Assembly (NCBI GenBank): GCA_902778145.1
Contig: CACYWW010000022.1
Coordinates: forward strand, 42,273-106,272
Reading direction: 5' to 3'
From: an uncultured Ruminococcus sp.
GTDB taxonomy: Bacteria; Bacillota; Clostridia; Oscillospirales; CAG-272
Length of the DNA: 64,000 nucleotides
The notes under the pieces are model-generated. The model made no database searches. It saw nothing but the letters and a program-made list of their open reading frames with translations, and had not been told where the DNA came from. The translations under genes and the position numbers were made by a program. This document shows, piece after piece, positions 55,421 through 64,000 of the stretch; positions within the stretch are counted from its first letter, which is position 1; each line of letters opens with the position of its first letter.

Positions 55421-56742
55421 AAATGAAAAAGCTCATAACGGCGCTGCTCTGCGCCGCGATGCTGTTCGCGGCGGTATCATGCGCAGATCCGGTCAAGCCC
55501 GCGGGCACCGCGGATTCGCAAACGACCACCGAAGGGATCACGTCGACCGAAGAGGTCACAACAGCTGACCCGGACACCGCGGACAGCGGCACGACCGACA
55601 CTCCGGCTCCCGTGCTGACGGACGACTTCGACATGTATCTTACAAGCTTCGTTGAAAAAACACAGACAAAAAGCTACGTCATCTCACCGCTTTCGTTCAG
55701 ATACGCGCTCGGTATGCTCGCGGCGGGTGCGAGGGGCGAGACGCTTGAGCAGATGGTAAAAGGGCTCGGCGACCTGAACGAATTTGAAGAACTCATAAAA
55801 CAGTTCAACTCCTTTGAGGAAGGCTTCAACGCAAAGCTCAAAGCTGACAAAGAGCAATACGACAACGCGCGTGACAAGACGTACCTCACCGAGCCGAAGG
55901 GTGCGCTCCGCACCGCTGATTCCGTATGGAAGAGATCCGATCTTGACGAATTTCTGAAGGAATATAAGCTCCGGCTCGAGATGTATGGCGCGGAATACTT
56001 CGATTTCACGCCGGAAGACGTTATCGGACGTGTAAACGTCTGGGCCAACGAGAAGACCAAGGGCATGATCCCGACGATCCTGCCGGACGACTATGACGTT
56101 ACCGATCTCGCCGTCGTTCTGATGAACGCGCTGTACTACAAGAACAGCTGGGGCATCGGTTTTTCAAAGGAAGGCGCGCGTCCTTTCACGACGTACGACG
56201 GAAAAACCGTCGACCGCGACTTCATCATCTCCGATGTAAGTACTCTCAGATACTATAAGGACGATCAGACGGAGCTCATATCCGTGCCGATGCAGAACGG
56301 CGTTGACTTCATTATCGTACTCGGCGACGTGACGGATCTGAGATCGAAGATCGGAAAAGCGGAATACAAAAAAGCGACGGTCGAGCTTCCCGAATTCACG
56401 ACGGAGACCGCGCTTGACAATATGGAGCTCATAGAGTTTCTGAAATCGCTCGGCATAACCGACGTATTCGATAAGAGCAAAGCCGACCTTACCGGTATGA
56501 TAGCGGATAAAGACGACCTGTACGTCAGAGACATAATACAGAAGGCGAAAATCAAGCTCGACGAGACCGGCGTGGAAGCCGCCGCCGTCACCGCGATAAT
56601 GATCAATGACGAAAGCTGTGACCCGACCGAGCCCGTCAGATTCAGGGCGGACAGAGAGTTCCGGTTCTATATTTGCACCGGAAAGACCGATTGGGCAAAA
56701 ACAGACGGCATAATGATGTTCGCAGGCAGGGTATCCGAATGA
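55417..56742 (+). CDS. Serpin-family protease inhibitor, lipoprotein
   Basis: 441 aa. Lipobox AAVSC. ISPLSFRYALGMLAAGARGETLEQM (serpin N-terminal core). Hinge/RCL ETGVEAAAVTAIMINDES. C-terminal FRADREFRFYI. Confidence 0.85.
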   Translation: MKMKKLITALLCAAMLFAAVSCADPVKPAGTADSQTTTEGITSTEEVTTADPDTADSGTTDTPAPVLTDDFDMYLTSFVEKTQTKSYVISPLSFRYALGMLAAGARGETLEQMVKGLGDLNEFEELIKQFNSFEEGFNAKLKADKEQYDNARDKTYLTEPKGALRTADSVWKRSDLDEFLKEYKLRLEMYGAEYFDFTPEDVIGRVNVWANEKTKGMIPTILPDDYDVTDLAVVLMNALYYKNSWGIGFSKEGARPFTTYDGKTVDRDFIISDVSTLRYYKDDQTELISVPMQNGVDFIIVLGDVTDLRSKIGKAEYKKATVELPEFTTETALDNMELIEFLKSLGITDVFDKSKADLTGMIADKDDLYVRDIIQKAKIKLDETGVEAAAVTAIMINDESCDPTEPVRFRADREFRFYICTGKTDWAKTDGIMMFAGRVSE

Positions 56743-57656
56743 CGCGGCGTATCAAAGAAGAGCTTGAAGGTCTGCTGTCCCGCGGCTGGGACCGCGGCGC
56801 GGCTGAGAGCGTGAGAGAGCTCGTATCGGCGCTCGACAGGGAAAGCGTATTCGCGGAAAAGCTCGATAAGATCGCGCGCGGCTTTGCGCTTGACGGCAGG
56901 CTCGGTCTTGCCGAAGCGCTTTCGGAGACGGCGCGTGAAAGAAGCGGCACGAGGATAAGCGGAGACGGCGCCGACCTTCTCCTCATCCTCGCCTCGATCC
57001 CGTATCTGCACGACAGATACCGTAAAGAAAACATCCCGGACGATATCTTTTACGACTCGATGGACGACATAAGATGCAAGGTCAGAGAATGCATCGAATG
57101 TAAAGGAGAAGCCGGAACTTTCGTCGCCGGGTGGTATGACGGCTTCTTCAACATGACGCGCTTCGCCTACGGCAGGTTCCAGTACGAGCCGGTCGTATAC
57201 GGCGGGGACGTCATACGCCTGTCATGCGGCAGCGTACTTGAGCGCGGCGGCACTTTCATAAACTTCCACATCCCGTCAAGCGGAGTACCGCTTACGGATG
57301 ACGTCAGACTCGATTCGTACAGACGCGCGTACCCCCGCTACGCCCATCTGTTCGGTGACGGCGTCGTCATCTTCGGATGCGATTCATGGCTTTTATACCC
57401 CGCACACAGGGGATTTCTTCCGGAGGGTTCGAACATACTCCGGTTCATGGACGACTTTGAGGTGATAAAAGGACGTGACGAGCCGGTATTCGGCGACAAA
57501 TGGCGGGTATTCGGACGATTCTCGGATCTTGACGCGGACAAGCTCCCGCGCGATACGTCGCTGCGCGCCGCTTACGCCGACCGTCTCGCGTCCGGCAAAC
57601 CGACGGGCGAAGGCTTCGGTGTGTTCGCGTTCGACGGACAAAACATAATAAAATAA
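56739..57656 (+). CDS. Hypothetical protein, possibly an acyltransferase-like (NAT_N/GNAT_C type) protein
   Basis: Start at MTRRIKEE, with an ATGA overlap with the serpin stop. The C-terminal half (INFHIPSSG...FGCDSWLLYP...SNILRFMDDF) resembles the GNAT-like C-terminal domain proteins of Clostridia. From memory only. Confidence 0.3.
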   Translation: MTRRIKEELEGLLSRGWDRGAAESVRELVSALDRESVFAEKLDKIARGFALDGRLGLAEALSETARERSGTRISGDGADLLLILASIPYLHDRYRKENIPDDIFYDSMDDIRCKVRECIECKGEAGTFVAGWYDGFFNMTRFAYGRFQYEPVVYGGDVIRLSCGSVLERGGTFINFHIPSSGVPLTDDVRLDSYRRAYPRYAHLFGDGVVIFGCDSWLLYPAHRGFLPEGSNILRFMDDFEVIKGRDEPVFGDKWRVFGRFSDLDADKLPRDTSLRAAYADRLASGKPTGEGFGVFAFDGQNIIK

Positions 57657-57658
57657 AA

Positions 57659-57693
57659 GATCCGCGGAGCCTCGGCTCCGCGGATCATTTTTT
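57659..57693. terminator. Bidirectional rho-independent terminator
   Basis: gatccgcggagcc tcg gctccgcggatc, flanked by aaaataaaa and attttttatttt. Confidence 0.75.
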
Positions 57694-59341
57694 ATTTGAG
57701 TATGAAAGCCGCGCACGGCACGCCGTCGCTGTTGCAGAGCGTCAGCGTCTCCGGGAACGTGTCCGTGAGTCCCGAGTTATATCCGACCTCTTTTATGGCT
57801 TTGCTGCCCTTTATGACTATCGTGTCCTTACCGGTGATCTCAACGCTCTCCGGCGCCTTATACTGTGACGAGCCGGAGTATTTTACCTTTACGCCCTTGA
57901 CCTCGCCGCCTTCGGCTTTGAGTCCGTCTCCGACGTTCCTGAATTTCACCGTGACAGTCAGACCTTCATCGGATGATTCCATGGAGATCGCGGACGGTCC
58001 TTCGGCGTATTCCGGATCACCTATCCCGTACTGATTTGCGAGGATCATCGACGTAAGTCTCTGCGCCTGCTCCCATTTGACGTACGGATGCAGACTGTTC
58101 GCGTACTTGCTGTCCTTCCACAGATCGGACGACTGACAGATATGCGCGTTTGACAGGCTGTTCGGTATCGTACCCATATACTGGCGCACGCTCGCGAACG
58201 GGAAGCTCTGCCAGATCGCCGGGAATTCGATGATATAGACGGGATAATCGTGTACCAAAAGATCGTGTCTGTTCCTGTACTCGGTTATCAGCGCGGAAAA
58301 TCTCTCCGGATATTTCTTGTCGTTCGGGGACTGGCAGTCCGATTCGCCCTGATACCAGATGATACCGCAGATCGGCAGCTTCTGGAACGCGTACATATAG
58401 TGGTTGTACATGAATCTCGTCGGGTGGTTGTTCACGCTCGGCGCGGTGTATATCCCCTTCGTCTTGTTCAGTTTATCTATCTTGAGGCTGTCGCAGACCT
58501 CGTTCGGGCAGAACGCGTTGAGAGCCGCTCCGCTCCAGCCGAATTCTATCATACCCAGAGGTATCTTTCCCTCAAGCTTTTCGTAAAGCTGTTTCGCGGT
58601 GAAGAAGCCGAGCGCCGAGAACAGTCTGTATCCGTTGGCGGGAAGCTGCCAGCCGCGCTTTATCGGCGTATCCTTGTTGACGTCCGTCGTGCCCTGAGTC
58701 AGCCCGGACGGGTCGGAGGAGCCGCTTCTGTGCAGTCTTATGAGCTCGTTGTTGTCCGCTATCCTCGATTTGTTCTCGGGACCCGCGAGAGGCTCCGCTA
58801 TGATGGCCTCGACCGGGTATTCGATATTGGACTGACCGACGACCCAGAAAACGTCGCCTACGAGAACGTCGTCGAACAGGTATTCAACGCCCTCGCCGTA
58901 GACTCTGAACTGTCCCGGGACAGTCGATTCGGGGAGCGACCCGTTCAGCGTTATCATGAACTCGCCGTTCTCGATGAGAGCCGCGCCGGTGAGTCCGGAA
59001 AACTCCGCGTTGACTCTTTTACCGTTCTGATCTTCGTCGGCGAAGCCCCAGACTCTTATATATTCGTTCCTCTGTATCACCATGTGATCTCCGAACACGC
59101 CGGATACGGTGAAGGCTGTCGCCGCGGGCGCGGCAAGCACCTCCTCGGAGGGCTCCGGGAACGGCGACGCGGTGGTCGTCTCCTCCTCGGTCGTCACCTC
59201 CTCGGTCGTCACCTCGGCGGTCGTCTGCTCAGGGACGGTCGTATCGGGCGAGACCGTCGTATCGTCTCCGGATCCTTTGGTGCAGCCGACGGCCGAAAGA
59301 AGCATCAGGGCGCACAATATCACAGATATGATTCTTTTCAT
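57692..59341 (-). CDS. SGNH-type carbohydrate esterase, sialate O-acetylesterase-like lipoprotein
   Basis: Start at MKRIISVILCALMLLSAVGC (lipobox) after GGAGG. DVFWVVGQSNIEYP (GQSN block) and GIIWYQGESD motifs. Confidence 0.75.
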   Translation of the reverse strand: MKRIISVILCALMLLSAVGCTKGSGDDTTVSPDTTVPEQTTAEVTTEEVTTEEETTTASPFPEPSEEVLAAPAATAFTVSGVFGDHMVIQRNEYIRVWGFADEDQNGKRVNAEFSGLTGAALIENGEFMITLNGSLPESTVPGQFRVYGEGVEYLFDDVLVGDVFWVVGQSNIEYPVEAIIAEPLAGPENKSRIADNNELIRLHRSGSSDPSGLTQGTTDVNKDTPIKRGWQLPANGYRLFSALGFFTAKQLYEKLEGKIPLGMIEFGWSGAALNAFCPNEVCDSLKIDKLNKTKGIYTAPSVNNHPTRFMYNHYMYAFQKLPICGIIWYQGESDCQSPNDKKYPERFSALITEYRNRHDLLVHDYPVYIIEFPAIWQSFPFASVRQYMGTIPNSLSNAHICQSSDLWKDSKYANSLHPYVKWEQAQRLTSMILANQYGIGDPEYAEGPSAISMESSDEGLTVTVKFRNVGDGLKAEGGEVKGVKVKYSGSSQYKAPESVEITGKDTIVIKGSKAIKEVGYNSGLTDTFPETLTLCNSDGVPCAAFILK

Positions 59342-59434
59342 TTCTTTTCCTCCGTTATATCGTTCTGCCCCATTATATAACAACCGTCGGCTTTTGTCAA
59401 TCCCTTGCGGGATTATAAACAGCTTTATTGAAGG

Positions 59435-59463
59435 TTGACTTTTTCTCAGGAATATGGTATAAT
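59435..59463 (+). promoter_or_regulatory. Sigma-A promoter (TTGACT-17 nt-TATAAT, TGG extended -10)
   Basis: ttgact ttttctcaggaatatgg tataat. Confidence 0.65.
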
Positions 59464-59512
59464 GAAAAATACGGTCAAAACGACCGGCGTTTGATCATGA
59501 AAGAGGTAAGGA

Positions 59513-61465
59513 ATGAAAAAGTTAATAAGCTGCATATCGTCAACAATGGCGGCTCTGCTCTGTCTCGGGCTGATCTCGTGCTCCGCACCCGCAGATAAGA
59601 CAGATACCGACACCGAGAACGTGACCTCAGCGGGATCGGAAACCGAAACACAGACGGAGCCGGAAAGCACCGACGCTCCCGCGCCCGCGGTCCCGGTCAT
59701 CACCGAGGAAGACGGAGCCGCGGCTGTCACCGTCGGAGATCTCGCTTATAAAGCCTCGGGCTACGCAAAGCTGGAGGACGGCAAATTCCGTTTCAGATCC
59801 GGTTTTTCCGCGGCATTCTCCGGGATCACCGGAAAATTCAACAGGATGACGTTCAGGTACACGTCGACCGATCCGCTGAAGCTCACCGTCAACTACAAAA
59901 CGGACACGTCGGAAAGATCGGATCTTTATTATCTCGACGCGTCGGACGACGGTGTTTTCAGCTGCTTCATATACCAGTATAACGACGCCGTGCTCGCAAC
60001 GGAGCTGCTTTCGGTCAACGCCGAGTCGTGCAATGGCGCCGCCGCGTCCTTCCTTCTCACCGGAGTTGAGACCGAGGAGAGGGAGCTGCTCGCAAAATCG
60101 ACGTACTATATAGAGAATTCCCGTTTCAAGGTCGGCGTCAGCGTCAGATGGGGCGGCGGCATAAACTACGTTGAGGACAAGACCTGCAAGGTCAGGGGGC
60201 TGTCGAACCTCGTCAACCGCCACGACACTGGGCGTCTGATACAGCAGTCGTACTACGGCACCGCCGGAAACGACGAATATCAGCCCGAGGTATCGATGGG
60301 TTCGATGTGGGTGTACAACCCCGTACAGGGCGGCGACCAGCACAACAACCCGAGCCGTCTGATCGATCTTGAGATGACGGAGACGTCGATATATATCAAG
60401 GCTCAGCCGCTCGACTGGTCGAAAAACAACTACCACACGCCGACGTATATGGAAAACACCTACTCGATCACGGACGACGTCATCCGGGTCGACAACCGTT
60501 TCACCGATTATTCCGGCTGGGAGCACAGATACGCGTCTCAGGAGCTGCCGGCTCTGTATACCGTCAGCTACCTCTCCCGCTTCACCTGGTACGACGGCGC
60601 AAAACCGTGGCAGAACGGGGAGCTTTCATATAAAGACGACCTCAATTTCTGGGGAGATCAGAATTACGTCGCCGACTGCACCATGAAAATGAAGTACGGC
60701 AACACTGAAACGTGGTGTGCGTGGACGAATCCGGACGACGATTTCGGTCTCGGCCTGTTCGTCCCGAACATTGACGTCTTCAAGGCGGGCAGATATGAAT
60801 TCGACGGAACGAAAAAGGACAAGGATAACCCGACGAACTACGTCGCCCCGCTCAACATAATCAAGATCAATTCCTATAAGCCGATCGAATACAGCTATCT
60901 CATGACGACCGGCTCCGTCGCGGACATAAGGGCGACGTTTATGCGGTACAAGGATTTCACGGATAACGCCTCGCTCCACAACGACTATCAGCCGAACAGG
61001 ATCTACGGCGGCGATAAGGAAATGACGGACGCCTCGTTTGAGACCGCCGCCGACATCGTGATGATCTCAACGCCTCACAACACGGAGATTTCGTTCTCCG
61101 CCGAACAGACCGCAGCTGTCCTCAAGGTCGACGGAGCCGATCCGAGTGTCACCTTTGACTATACAAAGCAGGGCTGTGACACCACCGAGAAAACAAAGCT
61201 CACGTTCGAGTACATGATCCCGGCGGAAAACTCGATGAAATCGTACGAAACGGATCTCTTTCTCTGCACGGGAGCTCAGAAGGTCCCGTCGGGAGACTGC
61301 CGTGTAAGACAAAGGCTGATCTGCGACGGTCAGTATCACACGCTTGAGCTGGATCTGTCGAAATATTCCTTCTGGAACGGCACGATAAATCAGATCCGCT
61401 TCGACTACTTCGACAACTGTGCCGCAGGTGACGTAATGTACCTCCGCTCGTTCAAGCTTTCATAA
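59513..61465 (+). CDS. Secreted lipoprotein of unknown family (paralog of 47932-50307) with one C-terminal module
   Basis: 650 aa. Lipobox GLISC. The core motifs WGGGINY, NLVNRHDTGRLIQQSYYGT, VYNPVQGGD, PTYMENTYS and QELPALYTVSYL are shared with the paralog. Confidence 0.75.
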   Translation: MKKLISCISSTMAALLCLGLISCSAPADKTDTDTENVTSAGSETETQTEPESTDAPAPAVPVITEEDGAAAVTVGDLAYKASGYAKLEDGKFRFRSGFSAAFSGITGKFNRMTFRYTSTDPLKLTVNYKTDTSERSDLYYLDASDDGVFSCFIYQYNDAVLATELLSVNAESCNGAAASFLLTGVETEERELLAKSTYYIENSRFKVGVSVRWGGGINYVEDKTCKVRGLSNLVNRHDTGRLIQQSYYGTAGNDEYQPEVSMGSMWVYNPVQGGDQHNNPSRLIDLEMTETSIYIKAQPLDWSKNNYHTPTYMENTYSITDDVIRVDNRFTDYSGWEHRYASQELPALYTVSYLSRFTWYDGAKPWQNGELSYKDDLNFWGDQNYVADCTMKMKYGNTETWCAWTNPDDDFGLGLFVPNIDVFKAGRYEFDGTKKDKDNPTNYVAPLNIIKINSYKPIEYSYLMTTGSVADIRATFMRYKDFTDNASLHNDYQPNRIYGGDKEMTDASFETAADIVMISTPHNTEISFSAEQTAAVLKVDGADPSVTFDYTKQGCDTTEKTKLTFEYMIPAENSMKSYETDLFLCTGAQKVPSGDCRVRQRLICDGQYHTLELDLSKYSFWNGTINQIRFDYFDNCAAGDVMYLRSFKLS

Positions 61466-61468
61466 TAC

Positions 61469-61529
61469 AAAAAAACTCCCCCTCGCCGTACCCGCGATAC
61501 GCGGGCGCTCGCCGACCGGGAGTTTTTTT
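61469..61529 (+). terminator. Long rho-independent terminator
   Basis: aaaaaaactccc ... gggagttttttt, with an inner hairpin cccgcg-ata-cgcggg. Confidence 0.7.
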
Positions 61530-61592
61530 ATTTCCGACTCGCGGTATCCGCCGTGAATTTTGTGCAAAAAAATATAAAATTCATAACAACTA

Positions 61593-61621
61593 TTGCATTT
61601 TATCACAACACGTGATATAAT
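61593..61621 (+). promoter_or_regulatory. Sigma-A promoter (TTGCAT-17 nt-TATAAT)
   Basis: ttgcat tttatcacaacacgtga tataat. It would give a ~100-nt leader before the ATG at 61732. Confidence 0.55.
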
Positions 61622-61731
61622 TATAACATCGGAAAACGTGATCTTCTGCTTCTCAATTACAAAACGGGCGACTGCAAGATCAGCCGGTTCGAATATGAGG
61701 TGCCGGAAGCATTTAAAAATCAGGATTGAAA

Positions 61732-63798
61732 ATGAAAAATCTGAAATTTGAACTTTTGAAGACAGCAAGAGCGCGGACGGTCATCCTCGCCGTCACGGTG
61801 CTGCTTATCGTAAATATGTTTGCGGCGTTTTATCTCGGCAGCCCCGATGATGACGCGGCGACCGACGGGTACGCGGGTAAGATAGCGGCGCTCATTGCGG
61901 ACACGGAAAGAATGTACAATTCCGTTGCGGGAAACGGCGGTTTTCCCGAAAAATACTATGCGAAAATCATAGACACATACAGCGCGCTCGACGACGCGTC
62001 GCCCTCCCGCGCGATAAGCGGATGGGGCAGATTCATGTGCTTTGAATATCAGAGCATCCTCGCCGTCGCGGCTTGCGTTTTCGTATCCGCGTTCGGCTTC
62101 AGACGCGAAAGAGAGAGCCGCGAGCTTCCGATCGTTTTCACCACCAGGAACGGCAGGGGGAGGTATGTATTCTCGAAGCTTTCGGGCGTATTCATCACGT
62201 GCGCCCTGCTGTGCGTCATGTTTTATCTGACCGCGTTCATCGGCGTATACGCGGGCGGCGGGTTTGCGCCGTTTTCAGGCGGCGGTGAGCAGATACGCGC
62301 AATATCCGGATTTGTTTACACACCTTTCCGGATGACCGCGGCGGGAGCTGCTCTCGTCTCCTTTCCCTACACCTTCGCGGCGTGTCTTTCACTTTCGCTG
62401 CTCACCGGGTGCATATCGTATTATCTGAACAACGGAGCCGCGGCGCTTGCCGCGTCCGCTCTTGCGATAATACTGTCGTTTTTCGCCGACGGCAGACATT
62501 ATGAAAACAAAAACGCCTTCATGCGGAACTGCAACCTCGCCGCCGCCGTGCGGAACAGATACATTTTCGGCGAGCTGCGCTGCATCGACGTTTTCGGCAT
62601 GCCGGTACCGTCTTATTTGCTGAACATCATTCTTCTCATATTCTCGTCGGTCGTTTTCTCGGCGCTTTTCACGGTCATGCATCTGACGCATGCCGGCACG
62701 GAGCTGAAGCTCCCGAAGCTTAAACGGAACGCTAAAAAAGAAGCCCGCCCCGCAAAACAGCACGGCCTTTTCGCCTACGAATTCATAAAGATCCTTCACA
62801 GCCGCGTGATAACGGCGGCGATCCTCGTGCTTTTCGCCGCGGGACTGTTCATAAACGTCTTCAGTGTGAGGTATTTCGACTATGACGAACGCGTTTACCG
62901 CCATTACTGTCAGAGATGGGAGGGAATGACGGCGGAGGAAGCGTATCCGGAGTTTTTCGAGGAAGGCGGATACATCGGCAAATGCTACAGCGCGTACGCC
63001 GCGCTTTCATCAGGATCTCAGTACGTACCGGAGAACGGAGAGAACGTATTTGAAATGTCGCGGTATTACGAAAAGTGCTTCGGCGGCTTCGACCTGTTCA
63101 ACAAAAAGATATCGGTGATGCTCGAAAAAGCGCAGACCGGAAACAGTGACCCGATCGTATACGAGGGCGGATACAGCAGGTTCTTCAACTCGGGAGCCGA
63201 CGTTTTCCTGATACTCACCGTAACCCTGATCACAACGTATCTCTGCACGTACGACCGTGAAAACGGCACGGGCGCCGTCGTCGGAACGACCCTTCTCGGC
63301 GGTAAGACTCTTTCACGCAGAAGAGCCGCCGCGTCGATCACCATGGCGGCAGCGGTATGGGCTGTCTTTACTCTGTCCTCCTTCCTGTCGTATCTCACGA
63401 TATATGGGATGACGGGATTTCAGTACCCCGCGCGGGTCGTTCCCGGGTGTGAGGAGTTCGGAGATCTCAGTCTCGGCGCCGTTATCGCTCTCATATTCGC
63501 TCTGAGACTGATCGGCACGGTTTTCACGTGCATCCTCTGCATCGGAGTGTCGGATCTGATCGGCAACCATCTTACGTCGTTTTTCATCTGCGCCTCGGTC
63601 CCGGCGGTCACCGGAGTCCTGCTTTCCGGCTCCGGCAGCGTCAAAGCCCGCGCCGCGGATCCCGCGCTTCTTTTGGACGGCTTCGGATTTCTGCGGCTCT
63701 ACCCGTCGGGCCTCCTGATGGCGGTCTCCGCCTTGCTCTGCATCGCCGTCCCGCTGATCCTTTATATCCCTCACGCCGTCAGGATAAAACGAAAATAG
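61732..63798 (+). CDS. Polytopic integral membrane protein, function unknown (ABC-2-permease-like topology, with no ATPase gene visible upstream)
   Basis: The track start is a TTG at 61726. The ATG at 61732 has better AGGA spacing. Many hydrophobic segments lie on either side of a soluble central region (residues ~330-470). Confidence 0.6.
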   Translation: MKNLKFELLKTARARTVILAVTVLLIVNMFAAFYLGSPDDDAATDGYAGKIAALIADTERMYNSVAGNGGFPEKYYAKIIDTYSALDDASPSRAISGWGRFMCFEYQSILAVAACVFVSAFGFRRERESRELPIVFTTRNGRGRYVFSKLSGVFITCALLCVMFYLTAFIGVYAGGGFAPFSGGGEQIRAISGFVYTPFRMTAAGAALVSFPYTFAACLSLSLLTGCISYYLNNGAAALAASALAIILSFFADGRHYENKNAFMRNCNLAAAVRNRYIFGELRCIDVFGMPVPSYLLNIILLIFSSVVFSALFTVMHLTHAGTELKLPKLKRNAKKEARPAKQHGLFAYEFIKILHSRVITAAILVLFAAGLFINVFSVRYFDYDERVYRHYCQRWEGMTAEEAYPEFFEEGGYIGKCYSAYAALSSGSQYVPENGENVFEMSRYYEKCFGGFDLFNKKISVMLEKAQTGNSDPIVYEGGYSRFFNSGADVFLILTVTLITTYLCTYDRENGTGAVVGTTLLGGKTLSRRRAAASITMAAAVWAVFTLSSFLSYLTIYGMTGFQYPARVVPGCEEFGDLSLGAVIALIFALRLIGTVFTCILCIGVSDLIGNHLTSFFICASVPAVTGVLLSGSGSVKARAADPALLLDGFGFLRLYPSGLLMAVSALLCIAVPLILYIPHAVRIKRK

Positions 63799-63924
63799 GT
63801 CCCGTCCCGCCGAACGCCGCTCTTTTTGAAAGGAGGAGAGCCAAAAAAAAAACGGTATACGGACCTTCTGTATAAGAAACGAACCACAAACAAAGCACAT
63901 CGAACAGTGTTCGAAGAAAGGAAA

Positions 63925-64000
63925 ATGTCCATGAAAAAAAGACTCATTTCCGTCATCCTCGTTTCTGCGCTTTTAGCTTCGCTTCTCTCCGTCAGCAGCT
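63925..64000 (+). CDS. 5' end of a secreted protein gene (signal peptide only; continues beyond the window)
   Basis: MSMKKRLISVILVSALLASLLSVSS, after an AAGGAAAA RBS-like sequence. Confidence 0.35.
   Translation, partial: MSMKKRLISVILVSALLASLLSVSS

Overview
This is a visibly GC-rich chromosomal segment of Clostridia type. The taxon cannot be fixed without a database search. Most of the window is housekeeping. It holds metF-metH (metH runs off the left edge and is missing from the ORF track). It holds a ~16-kb, 13-gene, tightly packed minus-strand block: dapA-dapB-dapF-dapL-trmFO-rnc-radical SAM-smc-ftsY-rdgB-yhbY-(nadD-yqeK-rsfS fusion)-leuS. It also holds valS behind a T-box leader, a type III glutamine synthetase, purA-purB-guaA, rpsU (58 aa, below the ORF-track cutoff) and one tRNA-Gly(CCC). 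The accessory content falls into five groups. (1) A five-gene minus-strand operon (3699-11430) carries an unusually short (707 aa) glycyl-radical enzyme and its activase. They sit with a cytosolic S24-like protein, a 992-aa secreted GH-like lipoprotein and a Gfo/Idh/MocA oxidoreductase. This is my best candidate for an undescribed enzymatic system. (2) Several secreted, glycan-type lipoprotein genes are present: GH43, an SGNH/sialate-O-acetylesterase-like protein, a GH127-like protein, and two paralogous lipoproteins of unknown family that share a C-terminal module. A bacterial serpin sits in an operon with a Y-family polymerase and a YolD-like gene. (3) A decayed islet lies next to tRNA-Gly, and the guaA 3' end is triplicated together with its downstream sequence. 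(4) A family of non-coding modular hairpin arrays stands out: a 7-9 nt word is repeated directly, each copy separated by a different small GC hairpin, and is followed by the reverse-complement word repeated the same way. Examples are at 11575-11793, 38149-38290 and 45018-45199 plus copies. (5) Two hairpin-forest segments are bounded by inverted repeats (33660-34077, 47597-47827). Many long ORFs in the track are antisense shadows of real genes, as expected at this GC content, and were rejected. All family calls rest on motifs read by eye. No search or folding computation was possible.
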